64,000 bases of DNA from Barthelona sp. PCE (Eukaryota): assembly GCA_040285745.1 (NCBI GenBank), contig JAUFOR010000005.1, positions 248,001-312,000 on the forward strand, given 5' to 3'. Shown here in pieces: positions 1-8,314 of this stretch (the first letter of the stretch is position 1; each line of letters begins with the position of its first letter). The notes beneath the pieces were generated by a model. The model did not search any database. It saw only the letters and a program-made list of their open reading frames with translations, and was not told the DNA's origin. A program made the translations under genes and the position numbers.

Positions 1-248
1 ATGGGTAAGATGATATTGTATTCATTTGATCATTGGTTGATGAATCGCCAGAAATGTATGGTTTATTATGGGGTATTATCCACATTGTGGATGTGGCTCG
101 CAGCAGCCGTATTTTGGGCCGCACTCCATGGAACAAGCATAAACATTCAGTAAAAATTACTGTATACGTTGCAGGCCACTAAACCGCTTCAATACTTTTG
201 TTTTCATATTTTCAGCCTAATTCTCATCAGTTTTGCCTGATTCACACG

Positions 249-1478
249 ATGCCAACCGTAAAACGCGAATCTGAGGACGACTATATCGATGTCCAAACGC
301 CTTTTGAGTATGTGCTGGACTTGAACCAACCTGATACCACTCTTTTGGTGGCATTACGAAAGTTCATGGTGCAAAACGATAACCATGTTGTCACCGACAC
401 TCGAGTTCTCAAGCGATTGATCAACTGGCTCGACACAGACGTAATTGTTGGTGAGCATGAAGAAAATCTTTTGTGGGTTTTGACTAATCTGGCGAGAGAG
501 ACAACTTTTCTTGACTTTGGCGCTGTAAGATATGAGTTATTGAGTGCAGTTGTTGAGAAAACTGCATTGAAGTGGGCGCAAGAAAGGAGAATCCCAGATG
601 AGTTTCTGAAAGATGTATTTGTCCAGAATGTATGGATGTTATCAAATTTGGTGCTCCAATACAACAAATAGAGACATTCATGAGATACTTTGTTGAAATT
701 TCGGATATAATATTTGAGTATTTTGCAAATGATTTTGAAAAAATTTCGACAGTAATCTGGTTTCTTTCAATTTGTTTCAGCTCGAGAGGGGAATGGTGCC
801 ACGATGTCTATTACCCTATTGCGAATTTTGTTCTAAAGTGCTGGAAGTGCCATATATCTTTGTCTTATAAATCCCTTTTTTTTGTGTCTCAAACCCCTTC
901 TTGAGATAGTGGGAAATGAGGAATTTGATATCAAGTGTAAGATTGACATGAAAGATTGGATCAGAAGCAATCTCTTGCCTCACATTTCTGAAGCACATGT
1001 CGAGGTTGATTTTTCACCGCTGTGCCGCACTTTGCACAACATTGCATGTGTTGAGCCATCTAATGAGCTATTTGAGCTTGTTTTACTTTTTTTGAATAGA
1101 GATTTTGAGGAAAAGGAGTTGAGAGAGCTTATTTGGCTCTTTTCCAAATTGCTCATTTACCCAACTGCATACAAAGCACAAATATTCAGGTTTTTAGTTA
1201 ACGGTAGAGGGAATCACTCAGAGGGTGCTGTGTATGAAGCGTTATTTTGTTTTATTAATTATTTCTTAAGGTTTAACAAGGATGTTGAGATATTTAATTT
1301 GTTTTTCCAGTATGTCAATGATACAATGCCCCTCATTATTGATTTACAAAATGATGGGAAATTGGATATTGAGAATGAGTTGATGGCAATTATGAATATG
1401 CACTGCAGCAGGGTGGAATCAACGTTTGCTGAGACCATAGCTTTGGTACAGCGTGATAACAGCGTAGTCTTAGATTGA
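249..1478 (+). pseudogene. ARM-repeat, importin-alpha-like gene broken into three overlapping frames (pseudogene or assembly indels)
   Basis: ORFs 198-671, 632-904 and 882-1478 join if one T is added at 647-649 and one removed in the T8 run 876-883. NLLWVLTNLA and QNVWMLSN resemble importin-alpha ARM helix-3 WxLxN motifs. First ATG at 249. Confidence 0.45.
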
Positions 1479-2491
1479 TAATAAATGTATGTTTTTGAGC
1501 TTTTTTTTTAATAGTAAAAATGTTCTTTATTGTGTTAACTCTTTCAAAAAAAACGTTGTTGAGGTTTTGTTTTGTTTATTTCTTCTTTTTCTTCTTTTAA
1601 TTTTATCTCACTGTTTTGCTTTTCATCAATAAATTCAATAGTTATGTCAATAATGAACTCATTTGTATTAAAACACTTTATTTGTTGGTAAAGATGACTG
1701 TCCCTCGTTTCACGAATTATAGATTTAAAGCACAAATGTGTAAATGAAATCAAACAGCATGTAATATCTGTACATATGTGATAGTATATTTAGATAACTC
1801 AAACCGCAAACAATTTTTTGGAAAAAAAAGCTGTTAATGAGTTTTTTCTTTCTTATCACTTTTTTTGACATTTAGTGCTTCACTATCACAAAAGCCATGA
1901 TAAAATGTGAATAAAAGTGATAACAACACAATCAACTTAAAAATGTTTTGCGTAAAATTTTGTTGCTATTTTAAAGTTTGTTCACTTTTTATTGAGAATG
2001 AATGTGATAAGATGAAAAACATGAACAACTTCCAGTTGTTTACTGATATAGTATAAAATGTAAGTAGAAAGAAGAAGGAGGCATCGCATTGAAAGTTCGT
2101 TCGTTTTGTTCGCCCCTTCATAGTTTTTACACTTACTAAAAGCAAAATGATAGATTGGAAATATGGAAAACAAACCCCTTTTAAAGGAAAATGAAGTGCA
2201 CTCACAGAGCAGTCGAGAGAGAATCAAGCTCTATGAAATAGTATTATTCACAAACATTTTGCCTGAAATTTCAAAATGTACATATTGCAATTGAGTTGCA
2301 TTTTTAAATGTTAAGAACAAGCACAAACAATGATAAATTCACCTCATTTTTTATCGTAAAACTGATCATTTAGAGGTTTTTGTTTGTTTTACGTTTTTTC
2401 TTCTTTTTTGAGATAGCTGTGGGCAATATTTTACTCAGTTGTTAAGATTCAATTCAAATAGTACTTTCAAAACACAGAATTTGTAGTATAT

Positions 2492-3166
2492 ATGAAGAAA
2501 TCGAGATCATACCCACCTCAAGTTACTGAGATTCTACAGGAGTCTTTTAACAAACAACCGAAACCGAATCCCACCGTATATGAACAGCTAGGAAGACAGA
2601 CAGGTCTTCAAACTAGGCAAGTGAGGGTTTGGTTTCAGAATCGTCGATCAAAGCTCAAGAAAAAGCAAGAGAAGCAACAGATATCATCAATGATGGCCAA
2701 ACAAAGTCAGAGCTATGATATGCTTCAGACAGTTTTATTAAAGAGCGGTCTTATTGCATTCAAGCAGCAAATTGACCAAGTCATACTTTCAGATGCAGCA
2801 TTATCAGCGTATTATAACGTCACAAACCAATCTCCCGTGCAGTATTCACCTACTTCTCATGTTACAGCACCTTTTGCATACTCATACTCACTTTCGCCGT
2901 CTGCATCACCAACAATGTCTCCACTCACTTTATCCCCGTCCTCAATGACACCAGGTCTCACACCAGGTCTCACACCAGGTATGACTACTATTCCAACCAG
3001 CAGTTATGAGATCGACAAGACATTGACTCCAGCTGCTATGACATATAAAACGGAAATGAAGCAGACCGACAGTCTTGCTGCCTCTTCTCCGTCCAAGGAT
3101 AGCACGAATTTTGACTTTTCTTTTGAGCTACCGTATGATGATCAACCATTTATGGGATTATTCTAG
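2492..3166 (+). CDS. Homeodomain transcription factor (non-TALE, Q50) with S/T/P-rich tail
   Basis: N-terminal ...LGRQTGLQTRQVRVWFQNRRSKLKK with canonical helix-3 WFQNRR. Confidence 0.93.
   Translation: MKKSRSYPPQVTEILQESFNKQPKPNPTVYEQLGRQTGLQTRQVRVWFQNRRSKLKKKQEKQQISSMMAKQSQSYDMLQTVLLKSGLIAFKQQIDQVILSDAALSAYYNVTNQSPVQYSPTSHVTAPFAYSYSLSPSASPTMSPLTLSPSSMTPGLTPGLTPGMTTIPTSSYEIDKTLTPAAMTYKTEMKQTDSLAASSPSKDSTNFDFSFELPYDDQPFMGLF
2948..2980 (+). repeat. 12-nt coding tandem repeat (TPGL TPGL TPG) in the homeobox gene
   Basis: ACACCAGGTCTC x2 plus ACACCAGGT. Confidence 0.9.
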
Positions 3167-3387
3167 TTCTTTAAATTTAGTGGCTAATAGATTCCAAATG
3201 GTGGTTAAAACTATGAAATTACTTCTGTAAATTTTGCCTTTTTTATTAATGTTTTGTTATTATGGTGTATGCATACTTTTTGAGAACTTTACTGGGATCT
3301 GTCAGTGTAACTTCTATGATGCGTCACGGAAGCAATAGTGTCACACCTAAAGTACTGTTTTCAACATTTTTACTTTTTTGCTTCAAC

Positions 3388-5343
3388 ATGAAAGCATTTT
3401 TTTCGCACTTAAATGTGTTTATCATTGCAGTTTTGTGCTTACTTATCGCTGTAAGCGCAGGAAACCCTTATAAAACGTCCATACCTTCGATGAGCGTGTC
3501 AAATTGGCAAGGGAAGTTCATAGGATATTCTAAGAATCGAAATGATCTCAACCACGATCCTGTACGTTATCATGGGCTGAATTTTGCGAATATTCCTGGA
3601 ATGAGGACAGATCCGTTTTCTAGTATCACAGTAGTTAACCCTGCTCCAGAATACAGTGATCCTACCAAGTACGATACAACCCTTGTTCTCGATAGACACG
3701 GTGCTATGTCATTTACATTTGATCAGTACAATGGTTCACCAGTACCCACTCTGAACCAAATTGTTGGTGATTTTGTTTTCCCACCCCAGCAAGACTTCTT
3801 TGTTTACCGCACCACGTCTGCTCACCAAGATGTACGTGTTATTATCATGATTGATCAAGATCACACTGCCTATGCTTGGGAAAACGGCGGACTTCTTTGC
3901 CTTAAGACCAACCCAACTGTCACATGCATGGCAACTCAGTCGATGGTATCCTTCGACATGGGGACTCCTGCCAACGTCTTGAAACAGTACTCTGCCAAGA
4001 ACAAAGGGTACTCTTGCAACGGTAAGAAGCTCGCAATCGCAATCACACTTGCACCATCAGGTCTCATTGCTTTTGGCGTTGGTAACAACCAGGGTAACGC
4101 TGAGCGATATGTAAGCGACGCTGGTGCTGTTGCTTTACAGAACTGGTTTGATATCAACAACATGCAGTACGATAAGTACTTGTCCACGATCAAAACTCCG
4201 CCTCTTTCAGCCACTTTCACTGAGGACGATCTTGACATGTACCAGATTAGTGCAATCATGCTGAAAAACGCCCAAAACCCCAAGGTTGGAACGTTCGTCG
4301 CATCATTCTCTCCTTCTTATGGATATAAGGCATGGGTGCGTGACCAGTTGTATGGTCAACTTGCTCTTTTTGCAATTGGTGAAGAGGAGGCCCTCGCCCA
4401 GGGTATTGAGTTCCTAGCACAGGCCCAGCTACTCAATCCAGCATTCTATACTACTTATGATTGGTTTACTGGTCGTCCTGTTAACTTTGTTGAGCCACAA
4501 TTCGACTCAGCAGGTCAGTACTTGAACTTTGTTGAGCGTCTTTTGCCTTACTACAAGGATAACGTGCCTTTGCTGGTTTTGGATCGTAGTATGTACCTGG
4601 CAAACTTCCTTGTTCAGACGGTTAACAGCGATAAGTTTGGTCTCGGACCCCGCGGCGTTTCGATATGGGAGGAAAACAGTGATCCGATGACGGGTAAACC
4701 AAAGGATCACATGTATTACACATACACTCAGGTCATGGCAGCGGTTGGTTTGCGCAGCGCTGTCACTCTTGCAAAGAAGTTTGGTTGGGGAGAGAGCACA
4801 TATCAGAACGCCTATGATCGTCTCCGCCAGGGTATCAACGATAATATGTGGTGTGGCGACCATTATTGTCGATATAAGACGAAGGAAGGTGCATTTGACA
4901 CACGTTGTGACTCATCGACAGCCATGGGTGTCGCATTTGACATATTTGACAGCGACCGCCAGCGCGTGCACATGAAGACGCTCGCTCAAAATCTCACCCG
5001 TGAGGGCGAGGGCACTGGTGTTGCTCGTTATTGGGATGATCCATTTTTCTATGACGGAAAGTGGTCACCGGGTGGAATCGAGACAGATGGCCGCTCATCC
5101 CCATGGCCAGTCACAACAGCATTCACAGCATTTGCTGAGCACAAGCTGGGCGACAAGAGCCTTGCGCTCAAGAGACGCGACTGGATTCGTTCTCGTGCCG
5201 CTTTTGGCGGTATTCCTGTAGGAGAGTGCGTTTGCATCAAGCCTGATTGCTTTGTGTGGAATTCAGCACCTGACGTGTATGAGATGGCGGGTGTGTACGT
5301 ACTTCTTTCACTGATTACAGAAGGAATGTTCGAATTGAACTAG
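3388..5343 (+). CDS. Secreted glycoside hydrolase family 15-like protein (glucoamylase/glucodextranase type)
   Basis: Signal peptide MKAFFSHLNVFIIAVLCLLIAVSAG from ATG 3388; GH15-type motifs YKAWVRD, PQFDSAG, SIWEE (catalytic acid), RYWDDPF, PWPVTT, VGECV. Confidence 0.8.
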   Translation: MKAFFSHLNVFIIAVLCLLIAVSAGNPYKTSIPSMSVSNWQGKFIGYSKNRNDLNHDPVRYHGLNFANIPGMRTDPFSSITVVNPAPEYSDPTKYDTTLVLDRHGAMSFTFDQYNGSPVPTLNQIVGDFVFPPQQDFFVYRTTSAHQDVRVIIMIDQDHTAYAWENGGLLCLKTNPTVTCMATQSMVSFDMGTPANVLKQYSAKNKGYSCNGKKLAIAITLAPSGLIAFGVGNNQGNAERYVSDAGAVALQNWFDINNMQYDKYLSTIKTPPLSATFTEDDLDMYQISAIMLKNAQNPKVGTFVASFSPSYGYKAWVRDQLYGQLALFAIGEEEALAQGIEFLAQAQLLNPAFYTTYDWFTGRPVNFVEPQFDSAGQYLNFVERLLPYYKDNVPLLVLDRSMYLANFLVQTVNSDKFGLGPRGVSIWEENSDPMTGKPKDHMYYTYTQVMAAVGLRSAVTLAKKFGWGESTYQNAYDRLRQGINDNMWCGDHYCRYKTKEGAFDTRCDSSTAMGVAFDIFDSDRQRVHMKTLAQNLTREGEGTGVARYWDDPFFYDGKWSPGGIETDGRSSPWPVTTAFTAFAEHKLGDKSLALKRRDWIRSRAAFGGIPVGECVCIKPDCFVWNSAPDVYEMAGVYVLLSLITEGMFELN

Positions 5344-5397
5344 TAAATATATATATATGATTTGTTTTCTCATTTAAATCCATTTAGAAAAAATTTT

Positions 5398-7077
5398 ATG
5401 ACAGACAGGGCTCCAAAATTGGCATTTTTTGCAATATACAATCCATCCTTTGCAGGAACAGAGGATTTAGAAAAGGATAAGCAATTACAAAAAATTCTCT
5501 ATCATTACCCTCGGAATTTTGACTTGGATACAGTTGACATCGATAGTTTAGATAAAATAATCGATGTGGACCCTGTTACTCACGTGAAGAATATTGACGG
5601 GGATGAGTTAGTTGAACCCGATCTTTTGTTAAGGCGTCTCAACTTTATGCAAGCTGCATCAACGTTTGCGTCATCGTTCCATACGATGGATAGTGTTAAT
5701 TATGTCGAAACATCGAACTATTGTTATGTAAGCATAAACCCTGAGGGAGATTTCCACTTCATGATGTGCTATTCATTGGGTGTATATGAGAACGAAAAAT
5801 GCCGCTACGAACTGAATCATGTTCTTGTGCAGAACTATCTCAATTATCTTTACGAGTTATGCATTCTTAAGTATGATATTCTGCAACGGCAGAGGGCCGG
5901 TTTGATCCATGACAAGTTAGTTTTCCTTGACGACGTGCTCGATGGATTCGCCCTCAACAACCACTCTCTCAAATGGCTGTTCCAGGGTATCACTTATCAT
6001 TCCGTTGTCAAGGAAAATTTGTTTAAGTTTCAGCGCATGTGTTTCTGCCTGAATGACATCGTTTACCAGAGCCTTAAGAATAACTACATCCGAACAAATC
6101 CTTTCTATGATGTTTTTATTGAGATCGTGAAACCTTTGGAGTACGTACTTATATTGCGCAACTCTAAGGTTTTGTTCACAAACCTTGACAACAGCGATCT
6201 CTTTACTAACTTTGCCAACGTTCGCCACATCATGACTGCCGAACTGAGCAAGTACAGCGATGCGTACCGTGGGTTTTTACTCAAAGGCGACTACCCGTTG
6301 AAAGTGAGCGTGTTCCTTCGTGGAAGCCAGTACACTCTGCTGCTGTATATGTTGAAAGAAGGGGCAGACCTGAACGTTATATGTTTATTTATCAAGAGAG
6401 TCGTGATGGTGGAGCCAATGGCTGTTCAAATCATTGAGGAGAAGCTATCGCATTATCTTGACAACTCATCTGTTGTCTTTGGGAGCATTCCCAGCCAGGC
6501 TCCACCATTAAATATCATCGGATCGTTAATTATTTTCAACTCAGTCAACAAAAGTCTTTGTTGCTTCAACTGTGATCGAGATCTTCCCATAAGCGTTCAG
6601 TCGCGCATTTATGAGATTCAAGCACAAATATTGAAGAGCACAGCGTATCTGGAGAGCGAAGAATACCGCGTTCTTTTGAGCCGGTTCAACGCGATTATTT
6701 CGGAGTTGAAGACGAAGTATTTTGGGCTGCTCAGCGAGGAGTACAGGCATCTTGTTAGTGATAACGAGGAGGAACAGGCAGCGTTTGTGCTCCTCAAGAG
6801 AGAATACGACGTTATATTACATAAGCTACAACAGTTCCGTTATGCTGCAAGATATAGCCGGATCATTGATGAAGAGAACGCCGCTGTAAGCTTCAGACAC
6901 AACCTTTACGACTTCTCGGCGAGGTACAGTGATGGATCTGTCGTCATTGCTCGTTGCGTTTTTGGTCGCATGGTTTACTATGTTCTTCAAACAGAAAGCT
7001 CAATGTTTGAGGCTATGGAGGCGTTTGAGCGGATTATCGATAAAACCCAACTGAGCCGCGTATTTCTGTTCCGCTAA
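5398..7077 (+). CDS. CCZ1: Vacuolar fusion protein CCZ1-like (longin domains, Mon1-Ccz1 Rab7 GEF)
   Basis: N-terminal LAFFAIYNPSFAGTED...KILYHYP matches the CCZ1 FFIYNP...KILFYHP signature; first ATG at 5398. Confidence 0.72.
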   Translation: MTDRAPKLAFFAIYNPSFAGTEDLEKDKQLQKILYHYPRNFDLDTVDIDSLDKIIDVDPVTHVKNIDGDELVEPDLLLRRLNFMQAASTFASSFHTMDSVNYVETSNYCYVSINPEGDFHFMMCYSLGVYENEKCRYELNHVLVQNYLNYLYELCILKYDILQRQRAGLIHDKLVFLDDVLDGFALNNHSLKWLFQGITYHSVVKENLFKFQRMCFCLNDIVYQSLKNNYIRTNPFYDVFIEIVKPLEYVLILRNSKVLFTNLDNSDLFTNFANVRHIMTAELSKYSDAYRGFLLKGDYPLKVSVFLRGSQYTLLLYMLKEGADLNVICLFIKRVVMVEPMAVQIIEEKLSHYLDNSSVVFGSIPSQAPPLNIIGSLIIFNSVNKSLCCFNCDRDLPISVQSRIYEIQAQILKSTAYLESEEYRVLLSRFNAIISELKTKYFGLLSEEYRHLVSDNEEEQAAFVLLKREYDVILHKLQQFRYAARYSRIIDEENAAVSFRHNLYDFSARYSDGSVVIARCVFGRMVYYVLQTESSMFEAMEAFERIIDKTQLSRVFLFR

Positions 7078-7985
7078 GAGCAGTCCCACCCAAAAGCTAT
7101 GTGATTAGCTTGTTTTGTGTGATGCTCTTCAATGGGAAAATCGTTCCAATGTATGAGAAAGTTGCCCCATCCGAGGTCGCCGAACATATAGTCCTGGATT
7201 TCACTGGCCCCAAGGGATACGAACAATTCGGTAACTTCATTCCAGGTTGTGGGTACACATGCTAATCTGTTCCTGATCATAAGACAGCGCGGTTCCTGGT
7301 CCCAATTGCCGATTTTGCTGAAGAAAACTGTTCCATAGTGGGAATCGAAACCATGTTCCTCAAGATAGCTTTGAACTACTCCCACGTATTTCTGTGCTTT
7401 GTCGCTTATCCCGGGCCACAGAGATGATACATCAGAATACATGTCAGCGTATGGCAGCATTGTGTCCTTCACGCTCCATCCAATGATTTGCTTTTGCTTG
7501 GTTTTTTCAATAAGACGGTATCGTGCAACAACGTCCGGATCGTAATTGTAGCATGGATTTCGGATATCGTCTTGGCTGTACACAACAACCAGCACACCAC
7601 AATCTTCGTCGTCGTAACCGCTGTTGTATTGCGAGCTTTCAACCTCTGAGTGATTGGCGAATATCTGAATTAAGGCTACGTCTTCTGGTATCTTTGAGCG
7701 AAAGGCCTCGGGAAGGTGAGCCGTGTAAAGTTGAAGAAGCATTTGATATAGATCATGATTTGATGATGGAATACATCCTAGTCTTGTAGCGTAAAGATCT
7801 GGAATACCGCCAAAGCGGCTTAATCCATGTCCGTTTCCTTCAATTTCCTCACATTTCGGGATTAAATACTCATGGTATGTTGAAAGGAAGTACTCCTGAA
7901 TATTTTCAGGAACAGTTTCTTGATTCATCAATTCTTTGATATCGTTCATGTTTAGACGCTGCTCATCAAATGGGAGGGCTTGCAT
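7074..7985 (-). CDS. YwqG/DUF1963 family protein
   Basis: SRFGGIPDL near the N-terminus, LLQL, and C-terminal YMFGDLGWGNFLIH...WDCS typical of DUF1963. Confidence 0.8.
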   Translation of the reverse strand: MQALPFDEQRLNMNDIKELMNQETVPENIQEYFLSTYHEYLIPKCEEIEGNGHGLSRFGGIPDLYATRLGCIPSSNHDLYQMLLQLYTAHLPEAFRSKIPEDVALIQIFANHSEVESSQYNSGYDDEDCGVLVVVYSQDDIRNPCYNYDPDVVARYRLIEKTKQKQIIGWSVKDTMLPYADMYSDVSSLWPGISDKAQKYVGVVQSYLEEHGFDSHYGTVFFSKIGNWDQEPRCLMIRNRLACVPTTWNEVTELFVSLGASEIQDYMFGDLGWGNFLIHWNDFPIEEHHTKQANHIAFGWDCS

Positions 7986-8314
7986 AGTTGAAGAAACTTT
8001 TGAAAAGTAAAAAGCCCAATGTTAAAGGGAAGGGAATATTTTGCAGGTGATTTCACTGTGCATTTGATTTTAATACTGCAATAAAAGTAGCTTGTAAATG
8101 TATGTTCCAGAAACATAGCTGAAGAATTGTAGTATTGAATAAATAGTTAAGAAAAGTTGTTTCTTGTTTAGATATCAATGTTGTGGCGAATTATCATTGT
8201 GAAATGTTTTTCAGTTGCATATATAGAGAATTTATTCATATACAAATACGAAACAGTCAAAAATATTCTATCTTTTACATTTTCATCCTTACACTTGGTA
8301 TTCATACACTTACA

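Noticed and set aside
1-86. Minus-strand frame MWIIPHNKPYISG... running off the window edge
   Set aside because: Too short to support without flanking sequence.
630-671. 42-nt GT..AG intron to repair the first gene
   Set aside because: Removal keeps the frame and hits TGA three codons later.
660-910. Euplotes-style programmed frameshifting (ORF ends AAA TAG)
   Set aside because: It is a single locus, the breaks are equally explained by T-run indels, and many long ORFs in the window need no frameshift.
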